From Tubiluchus corallicola (lineage: Eukaryota; Animalia; Priapulida): a stretch of DNA of 64,000 bases. The position numbers and the translations under genes were made by a program. A model generated the notes under the pieces. The model saw nothing but the letters and a program-made list of their open reading frames with translations, was not told the DNA's origin and made no database searches. Positions 26,641 to 40,800 of the stretch are shown here, in pieces; the stretch's first letter is position 1, and the number at the start of each line of letters is the position of its first letter. The DNA lies in the NCBI GenBank assembly GCA_030141605.1, contig JAQGDQ010000010.1:248001-312000 (forward strand), written 5' to 3'.

Positions 26641-28404
26641 GGCACCTCAACATCATCACCCACAGTTAATCCATACGTATTACATGTGTTACCTATGTAT
26701 ATAATTCACACTTCATCCCACTTTCCACATATTCAAATGGCCCGCATTTCCCTCGAGTAACTCTAACAAATGCTGTCAAATGTAAGCATCTTCAGATTTC
26801 AGTCTTTGTCAGATTTAAGAAACTCTGCATTCGTATCAGTCGAGTGTTTGTCTAAAGATACGTAGCAGTTCGTGATATTTGCCTAGCCATAAAAGAGGAG
26901 GAAAGGAGAGGACATTTATACGCAGTACGCCTCCAGGCTGCATGCGCATCTGCATACAGATGAAGTCAGAAAATGGCTTCATGATTTACCGATTCCGGTT
27001 TTTTACATCAGCTCAACCATTGCAAATTGCGCCACTGACTTGATTTCACTGACTTAATTCTTTTTTAAACAGAGTATATAAACTGGCTGCATTCGTTCCA
27101 TAGGGATAGCACAGTTAGTAACAGTATTTTCAGCAAAGTTACAGCACGGTTTTCTGTTTAATGTTTCTTGTAATGAGTTCATTATAATAATCAATTTAAC
27201 ACAACGGATTTAAGAAGACGATCCTAGTATTTTGCTCCTTAACCTACGTAGACATGCACCGATACGATTAAGGGCAGAATCTTTTTAATTCACCATGGAT
27301 TCAATTATAGACCTGAAAGACGCGCTAAGGTTAAACGTTCGAGAAAAGAAGTCTGTCGTAACGTGCACTGACAACGATCACGGCGACCTCTGTTTCAGCC
27401 GCCACTTTATTTTGAAAAATTGCGCGTGGCTTCATAACAGCAGGATCTCCTAAAAGCTCTCTATGGGAGTTTCTTAAAGCGTCCGGGTTCATTTGCGGAG
27501 ATTGATCGTCAGGCGATCAGTTTCAGTTTATCGTCACAGACACATATCATCAGAGCAGAGAGACTCATTTATCCATCAACTCGAGAGTAATGATGGGAGC
27601 TGGCCAGCCTCTACATCATATTCTATAGATGCAATTAACCACCACGATCCACTTTAGTCAGGACGCACTCTGACAAGGACAGACAATAATCGGTGACGTT
27701 GCAATGACCATTAGTCACTTTGGAGAAATGGATTGACAATGCTAAGTTGCTGATGCTGATAGACTTGTTTTATGTGTACGATTCGAGAAACACGTTTCAC
27801 AAGTAGTTAACTGTTCCTCAGAAGAGCGACTTACACAGATATACGTGTAAGATATAAACATTCTCTCTCTCTCTTCCTAAAACCAAATGTAGATTACAAA
27901 GTACAAATAGGCTACTACAGGAAAGTGTGTTAACATTTTCTGTCACTAGCTCGCTCTAGTGACAACAGAGAAACTCACAGATGTCAAAATTGTATTAATC
28001 CTTAAAATTTGCTTCTTAGGTGCGTAAAAATCTAAATATTCCAATTCCCTAAAACAAAATACGTTTAAACACCTCCCTTGTGCTATCTTATCCACAACAC
28101 TGGCATTACTTTACTCTAATAGCTGGAAAATAAATCTGGAAACGTCTACCATTGAATTTTTGCTTCAAAATGTCTATCGAATCTTTCTTCCAGCTTGGTG
28201 AATTACGAATGCGGAAGTTCAACTGAATAAGTAAAACCGGATAGCGACAATAGTTTTCCAGGAGTGCCCGAACATCAGCAGCAAGAACTGTAAAAATAAT
28301 TACCGTTTACGTTATCGTTCTGAATGGCAAGCAAACCAGACAGTAGACAAGAAAAGATACAGGCGTAAATAGCAAAGGAGAAGCTGGCTTCAAAACAATT
28401 TTAA

Positions 28405-28470
28405 CGGTTTGCGCTGTCAGTGCTGGCGTACAGAAGATCCGGGTTCAAAACCGGCAGACCTCAATTTCCT
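28405..28470 (+). mobile_element. Possible decayed tRNA-derived SINE head
   Basis: B-box-like GGTTCAAAACC within a CCGG..CCGG T-arm-like stem (28438-28454); no intact cloverleaf or A-box. Confidence 0.3.
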
Positions 28471-31400
28471 TTACACGCATCCGTGAATTGACTCCCTCAT
28501 ATTGTTAAAATAGCAGGACTTGTATAAGTCTGTATGCACAAAGTATATAATACTAATTGAAGTGTGACAACTATTTGCTGTCTTGCATTTTGCACCAGTT
28601 TGCAAAATGTCAAAGTAAACTTGTTACAAAAGTGACAAATTTATTTTGTTGTAGTTACTTGCTATGTGCTAACATATAATTCTTATCATTTAATCGAAAA
28701 ATAGACCTTCTATAGCATCTGAGTAGCAGGACACGTTCTTTTATTCTTTTAATACAATATTTACCATCGCAAAAATACCGGTACAGCATGGACTGTCTTT
28801 GTGTATACGTTTTGCAGCAAATCGCTTGGAACTGTACGGTCTCTGGGGGGATTAACCAGTGTGTGCGTCGGCTAAATGTCTGCGAGAGGAATCGCTGGAT
28901 AATTTTTCTACACATTTTCACCTTGACAAGGGCAGCCAGTAAAGTAGAAGCCCGAGTTTCGAAATCACATGCTACTATATAATAACATGCAATTTATCAA
29001 TTCATTTAAATATAACTGGGCATAATGATTGATGATGGAAATGCATGGCTTCTTTGAATTATCAATGGCTACATTACGCAGCAGGCTCGACGGGCAGCGA
29101 GCTTCTAAATCTCCGCTTGTTCATAAAATTTGTCAGAACAGCCACAGAATTACGTACATAAAAATAAATAAAATAGCGACCCATTGAAAGCATGATAATT
29201 TAATTGCACATTAGCACATTTTTTCTTTTAAAGTCAAGATATGTAAATGATAGCAACTGCTTGACACGTTGTCTGACGCTAACAATTAGATCCTACTCGG
29301 AACTATTCTTCTCTAATCAAACTTATCTACTTATTAATTAATTCGAGAAAAAGAAGCCAGAGTGCCTCATTATTTTATGAAGTCGACTTATGCGTATTGC
29401 AAAGCCTTAAAGAATGCAATTTGTTACTTATTCAAACGTCAGTTGTGTCTGTTATGTCTTTCCGACGTACTCAGTGCATTCTGGACACCCTCCTAGGACC
29501 TAATGCGACATACAATGTAGTATTTTAGGTTAATTTAGAACAAAACGGCAAGAACTTTTAAATTTAAATTCGTCGTTGATGCTAATCCTGTAAAATGGCG
29601 CACGTTCAGTGATGGAACATGGCAGCTTGAAGCGCCCGGAACCAAATTTCCAGTTGGTCATCCTTTTATTTATTAATCAGGCTAGACATTTCATAACTTC
29701 GGTCGCCAACCATGCCCCGTGACCATTAACTGTTCGATTTACCGTAGTTGCAGGTTTCTTGGTTTCTACAAATATTTTTGATCATCGCTTACTTCATTTA
29801 ACCGTTCTGCATTTGTAAGAACAGGCTCATCTTGACTATAACTGCTCTTGATCATCAGACCAAGTGCTAATTAGTGAGTTCCCCAGGCGTATGCTGCTAA
29901 TTTATTACAGTAATGAAGGCAGAGCCTGCTGCTGCCAAGTACTACGTGTTGTTGTAAGACGTTCTAAATTAATTTATATTCCCTCCGGTTTCCCGACGGG
30001 TCTGTGCTAGCAGGGCATTTGCATACCGTGCCAACAAGGATGCAATGAAAGAAAAATATTTGTGGACACGTGCAGACATTTACGTGTCATGCACTTAGGA
30101 GTAGATTTAATCTTAAAGGTAAATAAACACAAAACGATCTGCGAGTAATGTCTCTGACGGAGAACGAACAGAATGATGACATCAGAGAGCGAGATATTTA
30201 AAACCCACGCCGTTAATATTCAGGGTTGATTGGAAACAATACGAAAAAGAGTACAATACTAAGTCATCCAGTAGGTGAAACAAAAGCAATGGGTATTTAC
30301 TAAAAAACTTTATACGCATTTTTTGGCGTCGTAGTGTCCTCTCGCAATTTGTATAACTTCTAATGTAACTGCTTCTATGCATAAAGGAAATCAGTGCTCA
30401 AATTGTGGGAGGAGCTTCGCTGATTTTTTAAGAAGATTCACATATCGCAATATAAATGACAATTTTCTTATGCACAAAATCACGACCCACTTACAGTCAT
30501 TTAGGAAACCTAAATGCAATACTTCCTCACCTTCCACTTTTTAGGCAGAAAATTTTTGGACTTGCGATGATTTGTCTTAAATCTTAACTCACATGGTTTT
30601 CTTTCAGGCACTCGCACGCTGGAGAAAATACTAAACTCTATTAGTTCGTAGTAAACACTTCACCGACAGATTTTTTAAGCCTATAAAGCAAGCAAGAATA
30701 GACTCTTTGTTCATGCGTTTACATTTCTCATTTTTTTCATTTTAATGCGCTTTACGTCTCCCATCATTAAAGAATATCATATCGCAAAAGTCGTCGTCTG
30801 ATTACTTATCGCTCTTTTGTTCTATCCAATGAGCTTAATAAAATAACATTACAGAATCATCCAAGCACAAAGAAATGCTATCGGCTAGACAAAATTACTT
30901 CAAAATTATCATCTCGCTTTGATTAAAAGCGATTTATAATCTCTGGGTTTCGATTTTCTCTCTTATCACAAAAAAGGTATAGTATGATTCACCTCACTCG
31001 ACAATTAGTCCGTGAGCCAGACAATTATTATTATCACAATAATTAGCATTCAATTAACAAGAGGAATTCCATACAAAGAAACCTGTAATATATTCATAAA
31101 GTAGCATCGATTTCTGTCTTTTTGACTCATGCCGACACAAAAGCCATGTAACATCTCCAAGAGAGGAATGAATTCACGTGATCGTCAATGCAACTTTCAG
31201 CCAAATTGGTTTCGAACCGCAGGTTACGCAGGTACACCTTTCATGTAAGTTCACGTATATCAGTTAATTTCTGAGATGCCTTTCCTCCTTTCATAGTATA
31301 CAGTTCTGTCGCCTTCCATTGTAACGCCATCTACACGAAATTCTTTATTATTAAAAAGAAGTTAAGTCTTTAAAATCTTTTTAGAAAGTTTGCACGTGTA

Positions 31401-31728
31401 AAACATGCATGCTGTTAACATGTACGTGTGTCTTAAATAGGTTACACGTGTATGCAGTGACAAATTCTCTAACATATTGGACTATTTAGATACTGGTGAG
31501 CAACACGATACCAGTTCAGGCTGAGAGGAAGAGAATGGCATAAACATCATCAACGTCACTAACTCTCATGTCTTAATGATTAGGACCAGCAACAATGTAA
31601 TACTGATGATATAGCGTTAGTATCACATATTTGAAATTCGTTGTGAATGTGAACTTCTGTGAAAAACATGTACAAATGCAAATTGAAAGAGTGTATGTAT
31701 TGTTATAAAAAGAAAGAGTTTACTTAAC

Positions 31729-32130
31729 CAGGGCCTATTTCAAGGGGGGGAAGTGGGGATACTTCCCCGGGGCCTCACCCTCCAGGGGGGCCTCGCGCCA
31801 AGGTAACATTTTTTTGCTTTATGCGAACATACTGCCTCCTCTCTCCCTCTCTCTCTCTTGCCGCATGCGCGCCGTTTGCCAGTATTGACAAGTATTAAGG
31901 ACTGGTCTTGAGAATAAAGCAGTTTTTCTTTCAATTGTTCTTTCCTTTAACAACTGTATAACTCCATATTTTCTCTTCGAAAATGCTTCTCCGGCGTTCT
32001 AGCAGTTAAAAAATTTTCTGGGTGCCAACCATGGTAGCGCCCGCTCTCCGGCGCTCCCCCCCCCCCCGATGGGGCCTCATACGCCCCACTTCCCTGGGCC
32101 TCGCCTAGGCTGAAATTGAAATAGGCCCTG
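31729..32130. mobile_element. Non-autonomous hAT-type DNA transposon (MITE), 402 bp
   Basis: Perfect 15-bp TIRs CAGGGCCTATTTCAA (31729-31743) and TTGAAATAGGCCCTG (32116-32130). Perfect 8-bp TSD TACTTAAC (31721-31728, 32131-32138). GC-rich subterminal GGGCCTC motifs at both ends. Confidence 0.95.
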
Positions 32131-35100
32131 TACTTAACACTGCGGTTTAAGTAATACGTCTTTCAGGACTTAGTTTTTAAGTTTCCTGTTTAATACTTTT
32201 ACCACATTCATTAAATTATTGCAATACTGCCAATAGCATTATCAACATTCATAGATTTCTAACAGTCTATCAATTTCATTTGTCCAACGTTATGCTTTTT
32301 CCAAAATCAGCTTTTAGTATTAGTAATAGTTTTCAGGGCAGAAAAAGCAACTAAATTGCTAAGTTGTTTACCACTTTGCATATGCAGTGACACGATTGTT
32401 ATGAAAATGAAGATTTTTAATTTTTTACACGAGAAATTCTAATTTGTATTTACATTTGGACAGAAGGAGAAATAAAATCTTCTTCGGTGTTACGTCCATT
32501 ATAATGGACGTTTGCAAGTTTATTTCTGCATTTCTTGCAATTTTGTCTTGTAGATCAAAATACCATATACTCACATGTGGACCTTCTCTTACCACAGCTG
32601 AAGAGAACTGCATAAACACCCACAATAACTGAAAACATATCATGTGACAAGCGTATCAAGTAGCGCCGATATTTTTCCTTTTATTCGGCCGTTTAGTGTT
32701 TATAGATTTTCACGTTTTGCCGCATCCAAATACGTTTATTTATTTATAGCTAAATCGCTAATGCGTGTTGCGTTACACGAGTTTAGCCTACGCTCGCTCG
32801 GGGTCGCGGAAGAAATGGATTTTCAAATTATAGTCAAAACCGGGAAAGTGGAAACCTTCGCCGAGCACAACAAAAGCAGGAAATAAATTAGTTTAAAATC
32901 TGAGAAAACATGCGGCGACTGAACGTATAAAGCATCTCTGAAGAGATGACTAGCTGAAAAACGTCGTGTGTTCAGGGCTTATAATCTGCCAAGCAGCTAG
33001 TGACAAAGTTACATAGAAAATCATCAGTTATTTTGCTACCCAAAAATATACGAAAACAAAAATACAGAAAAAATCTGGTTAGTATGAATGAAAAAGTCCG
33101 GTTAGCATGAATGAAATGTGTGTTTGTTCAATGAAATGTTTAAATGGTTATGGGGGACTTAAAAATATTTGATAGGGGAGACACCAAAAGGGCCATTCAA
33201 ATACCAGCAGGATTTAGAAATATGAGCCCGTTATAAACGATAAATCTTTACTGTTACTATAGAACTACAAACGGGCTCTTCGGGATTACCAAAGTTTTTG
33301 GAAACATTTACCGGCTGCACACAGATCACAAGGGGACGTTGGGACAAGGAGAATTATAGCGTTGCAAACTTGTAATCGAAGGATTTCTGTTTCAGATCCG
33401 GCCTCAATTGGAACTTTTTCGGTTTCTTTTTTTTGGTCAAGTTTGGTTTCTAGGCGGAGAAACGGTTACAAGTGACACAGGTTTAAAATAAAAAATAAAT
33501 AAAATAAAACAACTTTTATAACAGAATTGACTTAGCTGTACTCAAATAGTTAAAATTCGAACGTGTGCAGTAATCGATGCACTTGGAAAATGCTTAGTTA
33601 ATTTATAATATAAACTTTATTTTTTTAAATACGAATAAAATTGTCAGAAGACATCGAAATTCTATTACAATAATTATAGATTTGTGGAAGTTCAGCCTGC
33701 GGTTAACTTACATTCAAATGACGGTAATTCCATTGCTTGGCATATTCAATTGACTTAACACGCAAGGTGTACAAAAATAAACCGAAAGATTAAACAAAAT
33801 GAAAACTTTTTGCAGCTGCAGCTGCGTGTTTTCATATTTAAAACTCAAAGAAAATCATGAAACCACCAATTCACACACATAGTGTTCGCCAACCTAATTA
33901 TGAATGCATAAGTAAGCATAGTAAGCACAAGGCACACAAAACGGTACGATATGTGTACATAAATTGTTTATAAACATAACACCTGCCGCATCTTGATTAC
34001 AGGTGCACCCTTGTCATTATTGTCGTTGCGTAACTGTGGCAGCACCTTGCGTGCGTCTTCACACCCCGTGATACAGTAAACCCCCTATTCAATGGCTTCA
34101 GGCCATACAGGGCTTCCTTTTTAAACTCTTATATTGACGAGATTGCATGTAGTCGGTAATCAGGCTATATGGCAACTGATATTGATGGTCTATGCAAATA
34201 TTCATGTCAAAATTCTAAATGCTAAATTGCACGCTAGCTAGGCTTAATGATGAATGTTAGATAATGGAGGAACCGGCGCGCGTAACACTTTAGTAGCGAG
34301 TAAGAGTAAAGGGGTCTTTTATGGCTTACACGGCTTCTCCAAGTATAATAGGAAAGAATATCGCTTGCAAATCGCAGCTTTTATAACGTGCTTTAAAATG
34401 TCAGATTTATAAAATTGTCGTATTGATTAATCAATCATCTAGAGACAAATAAGAATCTACGAGTAAATTTGCTGAATTCATAAAAACCAAAACAACCGTT
34501 TGTTTACTACGAACTTGGATTGTGACCCAAGGTTCTCGCGCTTGCTATTATGATTTGAGCGTCGTAATTGAAAAAAACGGCTTATAAATTGGCGTTGCTA
34601 CTATGATATCCCAGTGATTTAGAAAGAGAAATGTGACCTAATATGGACAACGGGCAATGCTACCTTAGGTTTAATGCCAGTTGTTTTAAGAAAAAACCAG
34701 GCAGGAAACAATTATTAGACTCTTCTGCCCTATTTACCACTAATCACACTATAAACAATGACTGGGTTTTAAACAAGTTTCTCAACATGACAATAGCATC
34801 TTCTAACCCCATTACTGACGCAAATACATGTGAATGATTACAGCATCATGAGCTGCAGCTGTTACAGGTGAAACTGACAATTATACAGACAATGCCATTA
34901 TAACGATTAGTCATTACAAACCTAATGGTAGAACAAAGCAGCTGCTGACGATAAATAATTACTCGCATGTCATTACAATACTGATGAAAAATGAATGCGA
35001 GACCCTAAAAAATTCGGTTTACTTTCGAAAACAGATTTTTTAGACTTTAAAGTTTTGAACTAAAGCTTTCTGCGAAAGAAGGCCTACAATAACAGCTATA

Positions 35101-37295
35101 TGCAAATTCTACAAGAATTTCCTTTTCTCACCTAAAGTGTCACAAACTATTTCTCAAACAAAAGGACTATCACAAAAAATGTTTTGAAGACTCTGTTTCT
35201 CTGCTGTCAGAGGTTACAGAACTTGAGAGTTTCGGTAGGAAAGAAATTCTCGGCCTCAATAAAAACTTAGCCTTGGACGTTGGTACTCAGTTTAAATGTG
35301 CACTGTATGGCAGATCACGTCAAATCTATAGGTATAATGAAGTTTCGATTCAAAATTAGTTCTTATCAAGGGGAAAATGTCATTGAAATTTTCACCAACA
35401 ATTAAAACAAACATAACAATTAAGATACCATGCATACTTCAACAGCAAACAACATTCAAGTGATTAAAGCCAGAAGAAACCACAATTTATTTTATTCAGT
35501 TTGCACTCTCCGACTGCTTGACTATTACTTGGATTTTCCTACATTCGGCTAAGTGCGGCTACGAATCTGCGCCAATAGAGACATTCGATTGCAACAACTG
35601 TACTAATCACTGGCCGTGCATATTGTTTTATCTTTAGAATTTGCTTCTTGAAAAAATCGAGCGCCATTTTAAATGGCTGAGTATTAAGTAATACCAAAAC
35701 TAGATGCTGATGTATTTATGCACTGTGCACTTGTAACTATTTTTGTTCCATGGTTTTTAACTGAAACAAATCTGAAATCGAATTTTAAATCAGTCAAGTC
35801 CTATCTCATGCCCTTATCAATTAAGAAATAATATAGAAATAATTTATAACGATGACCCGGAAAAGAACAAATTTACACATTGCCTCAACAAAAAACTACA
35901 AACCAAGTTAACCAGCCCGAATATACCCCAGTCAGTAAGTAATGTGGTAGGCTGATTCGAAGGCCTGCATTAAAGCGGCGTATGGCCTGTTTTTATTTCA
36001 CCAAGTACGTTTACCATCAACACACCATTAACACGCTCGGCTGAAAACACGTGTATTATAGCAATAACGCTTTGTAGAGGTATGTGCAGAGTTAAATTGA
36101 AGCCAGACTTCATGTCATTAGACATGCGTCTACTGTCATATAAATTTACACGAAGGTTATTCTTGGATAGTTGAGAAACGAACCGGTAATCCACTACTTT
36201 GATGTTGCGTTAAAGTTCCTACATAGTTGCTACATGGGAGTTTGACATTCAAAACTACAACTTCTGAAGCTGTCACCCTCAATTTTCAAAGATGTGTACT
36301 ATAAACGCTCACGCGTAGCACCAACAATTCTAAAATCCAAAACCTAATTTTTCTATTAACATTTTCAAGCATGTTCGAAAGTCTTTGAGACGTTAGGAAT
36401 CACATTTTCAGCTCTTAGAGAAAGCCGAGACGTCTTCTAAGCGTTATAATTGCACCGTAATGTTACAAAATCGTTAAAGAATTCCTTCAGACATTTTTTC
36501 ACCATCACCTGATAGCATTTAAGTCGACTGTGCTGTCTCAAGTTAGTTCAGGCTATTACAAACTTTCAGGCCATTACTACAATATGAATGCATAAATGTA
36601 AAGAACCGGATGAAATTTAAAAGGAAAAAAAGCTTAACAGAGAGATTAGAACGTTAAACTTCAGACTGCAATATGGCGTGCAGAGTTGTTTAATGTTTAT
36701 ATGAAGCTGACAATTTTACAAGCTTTTGGCTTGTCGAAGATGGGTAACATTTGGCGGAAAAACTTGCTTACCAACGCGGCATTTTAGAGTAAACACTTCA
36801 CTTGTTTACTTTAAAGTGCTGCTCAAAGTTTTTCTGTTTCTTTCTTTGCTTGTGCAGTGTTTCCATCTGGGCTTTGCTCGCTCGGCTGCGAAACCTGAAG
36901 AGAGGCGTGAAGAAGAGGGAGCAGCAGTTTTTTCGAAGCCATTTACCGTGTTGCATACGTTACCCAAAGCACGATTTGATTTGTAAACTAGAAAAAAATT
37001 CCGCGCAATTTAATGAACATGATCTATAAAACCGTAATTAATATGTCATTTACGTGTGCATCGCAGATCAATAGCCAAACGAGGGAAAGATCAAGAACTT
37101 ACACATTTACTTAATTCATATACAAAATTACGCAAAAGAAATTGAAATTTAAAATGGAAGAAGATGTTATTGCCCATAATAAAACGGTGTAAAAGAAAAA
37201 CTTGCACTGAATGAAAAAAAACAAACACATGAAGGCTTCACCAAGGACTACAGCACAACTCCAAAACATGAAAAACAGCTTTTGTTTCGACTTAC

Positions 37296-37619
37296 CCAAA
37301 TATTGGCCACTCCTTGGCTGATCCAGGCTATCATAATATCAGCATTCTTCATGTCTCCTTTTGGCGAGAAGCCAAATCCCACATAACCCATAGTCTTAAC
37401 CTCTAATCTGAATACCAAATCTGTCTCATTAGTCGTCCACAGGAACCGGAAGTTTTCTTCGCCGTCCAAGAACACATCCGTAGGAAAGCTGAACGTTTTA
37501 TCTGAAGGCGCGCCTGCCTGCTTCGGGTATTGGGCAGAAGTTCGCAGCAAAAAGACCACCAAGACAAAGATATGTTTTACAAAATTGGAAAATGGCTTTG
37601 CGGTGATATCAGCCATCAT
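37296..37619 (-). CDS. MOXD1: First coding exon (108 codons) of a DBH-like monooxygenase (MOXD1-like): signal peptide plus N-terminal DOMON domain
   Basis: ATG at 37619: MMADITAKPFSNFVKHIFVLVVFLLRTSA|QYP...FLDGEENFRFLWTTNETDLVFRLEVKTMGYVGFGFSPKGDMKNADIMIAWISQGVANIW. This matches the MOXD1 motif FRLQVRTAGYVGFGFSPTGAMASADIV. The exon ends in a phase-0 donor TGG|GTAAGT at the position where I recall vertebrate MOXD1 intron 1. Orthology versus another DOMON protein cannot be settled from one exon. Confidence 0.85.
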
Positions 37620-37658
37620 AAACAACTTTATAAATCACAAAGATTTCAAAAAAATTCC

Positions 37659-37870
37659 TTTTATATGGGCCGCTAACGACAAATATTTTTTCGGCCAAAT
37701 ATACCGGCGAAAATTCTCCAAAACCGGTAATTCTTTAGTAAAACACAATAACTATTTTAGACCACCGGTGATACAGTACGCCCGGTACCAAATACTACTG
37801 CCAAATATGTTCAAATGTAGCAGTTCTCAGCCAACCACTGGTACAAGCCAATTAAATCGCGATTGGCTAT
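37659..37870 (-). promoter_or_regulatory. Putative core promoter of the MOXD1-like gene (TATA and CCAAT boxes)
   Basis: Minus-strand TATAAAA at 37665-37659, about 40 nt upstream of the ATG, and AGCCAATC at 37868-37861. Confidence 0.45.
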
Positions 37871-40800
37871 TCAGGACCAGAAGAGGCTTGACCTCCAACA
37901 AAGTTGTCGTAGAAAGGAAAACAGCATGTCTGCAGGGGTATTATTCCAAAACACAATTATTTTTGTATTGCTAGAGTACATTAGTAGCACAGCCAGTAGA
38001 CACAACACAATTTTAACGTGTCGCCAAACTCTCTCTCCGAATGATGAAGGAGTTTAAAATTCCCGTGTTCACTTTCACTGTCGCGCTGTAAAATTAGAGC
38101 AGACGCTGACTGGAAGTTGTTCTACATTTCTCTTCCGTCTGAGCTAAATGAGTCCCGACGTGAGTAATGGTCTCGCTTTCCGGGCGATCGCTTCCTCCAC
38201 CTTAAAATAAATAACAACGCATTTTAATGGTCAGTGCAAAAACAAGCAGAACATCAGCAGGTCTAACGCACATAGTGGGAGAACAAGGCGGTCTCGTGAT
38301 GCCTCTAATGAGCTAGTCCTGTTTAGAAACCAAATAAACAAAGCAAATAAGAACAGTAACCGTCCGTCGCAACAAGCCTGCCTTCCAGGCAGGATCCTGA
38401 TTTCCGGCACAGGAATAGTTCCAAGACTGTACTAAACTGGAAAGGTTTTATTCTTGACCGGTAGACCCTGCTCAAAAGTATTGTCCAGTAGCTTACACAG
38501 CATAACGTAAGCTCATTGAGTGATGCCCATGCGAATTACCATGAACCTTCTTGAATAACTTACAAACAACAGAATGATCCCACTCACTGAGAGACTGGGA
38601 TACGGATGCCTACACATAGCTATTCAATAGACACAGCTAGAGTAATAAGCAGTTGTTATTTCAAAGCTCTCGCGTAGTTAATCTTTTTAATCTATCTTAC
38701 TCTGCTTTAATCACACGAGTGTAAGCTTCATTATTGCGGGACAGATTAAAAGATTACGGGTCGCTAATTTCGCTGACGTTCTGACACCAACATGCGCCCA
38801 AAGACAAATGTATCTTTTCAATATTGTACGACAATAGTTTGATGATCAAATTCAAAGGGCAATTTGTAATTGTATGAATAATTTGTATTGGATAAACAGC
38901 ATGTAAGCTATAATTCATTTTACTGACTGAGTACTGGCTATATATAGAACTGAAAATTCATTTTGCTTTTTTTCATGATAACAATGATAATCCATATTGT
39001 CTAGCACCTCATTTTAAAGTTAGCTATTCAACCCAGATATATGTAGTAGCCCCTAGATAGTTCATGCTCTGCAACTACTAGCAGAAGCTGGAGGTGATAT
39101 GATATGTCAAATACACGTGCATTAATGATTTACAACGTCTATTTCCTGGCGTGACGTCACATCCGCCTTTGCTTCACAACAGTCCAATGCACGCATTTAC
39201 ACAATGGCCTGAACAAACACCGTTTCTACTAACTATTCAATGTATCGCCAATGCTCTTCAATGAATCTCTCTGTATCACTCACGCGCACCACAAATAAAA
39301 TCGATGAAAAATCGATACTCCTCCAGCCCCTACCATAAAGTGTCATAATTACGTGGAGTTGATGCTGAATTGTGTTAGAGAGAGAGAGAACGAAAACATG
39401 AAGACAAGATCGTGTTTGAGACAGGGACTGTGGCGGAAAATTTGGGATTATCTTAACTTTTTTGGTGTTGCGTAGTCTCAACTCACAAAGTAACAAGAGA
39501 AACGAAATTTTCAACGTGCAGTCATTGACTATTTTACATAATTTCTGTTGCTAAGACGCCGCAAATAGTTTGTTTACCAACATAATATCGTTGGTGAAAT
39601 GGAATGCACGGCAAACAGTTTCATAAGAAGGATAGTATAACTGATAAAACAAACTAGTGCGCAATGAAGTTTAGCACGCCTTGAGAACTCATCATACCTA
39701 GCTAAAAGTTAGTTACTGCTGCTCATTGCACATGCCAGAGATAAAGCTATTAAAATGACCTTGTATAACAATTCAAATGACGCAGTTCAACACGCAGATT
39801 TTTCTTTTTTGGCACACTGTCAAAACTGTTATGTACATGGACAGTTTGGCATACTACAAGATGCAGAATTAGGCCTCACCTGGTAAATAATGTGACCCTA
39901 AAAAGCGGAAATTTTGGGGGTAGAAAGTGAAAAGGAAATTTTATCGTCGCATCTAATTTTTTTATAGGCCTAAAGTTAAAAATTCCAGACCGAGAGACAC
40001 CATAAGCCAAGAGACGTTGAGGAAATGGACCGGTTTAAGAGATAAACACATCGATACACATACTTCTAGTTTTTGCAATAACAGGTAAAAAAACCACCCA
40101 CTAAAGCTGTGCGTGCTCACTGCGAAGTTGTGCTGGCCAAAACTATGTGTAAATTTTGCCTCTTTCGTTCGAAAGTGTTAAGTAAACATGTTTGAAACGC
40201 AACTATCTTGTTTGCTTAAGCTTTAGTTAACAAAGAATCTGCAACACGAGCAACAGAAATATAAAAAAAAATCAATTTCAAATACAACTAGCACCTTTGA
40301 ATAAAAAGCTAAAATTTATGCTTATCGATGTACTTAAGTGCTTACATAACTTACATAATGAGTTCATGGGAGTCGAGAGTGACTAACGTGAGGTCTCTAA
40401 ATCGATTCGCTTTTTTGCATTTTATTCCGAGAATGTTGTCCAAAATAATTGTCAATGTATCATGTGTTAACAGCTTTTATTAAATGTATTGTTATGCTCT
40501 GTACTGTTAGAACTGCTCCAGATCATCTTTACTGGATTACCGCTACATGATAACATCTTGTTATGGATGCATGCATTAACCAAATTGTCAGCATGACTCA
40601 AGGCAGTTAATCACTTGATACAATCGCTAATTAACCAAGGTCGGTAATATAAAACAGACGGCTAGTTGAACGTACTTTTGTTAGTTCCATTTAATAACGT
40701 CGTCGTCTCTATGTAATTTTGGTTTATTTTTTCATTAAAACACTGCAATATGGGAGCAAATAATACCAAATATACACGCAAGCGAAAACAATATGATAAC

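Noticed and set aside
31205-31222. Pol III B-box-like motifs (GGTTCGAAACC on the minus strand; also ~33380 and ~63390)
   Set aside because: No A-box or cloverleaf; not tRNA genes.
37585-37974. 129-aa plus-strand ORF
   Set aside because: Antisense to the MOXD1-like start and promoter, non-ATG start, no motif.
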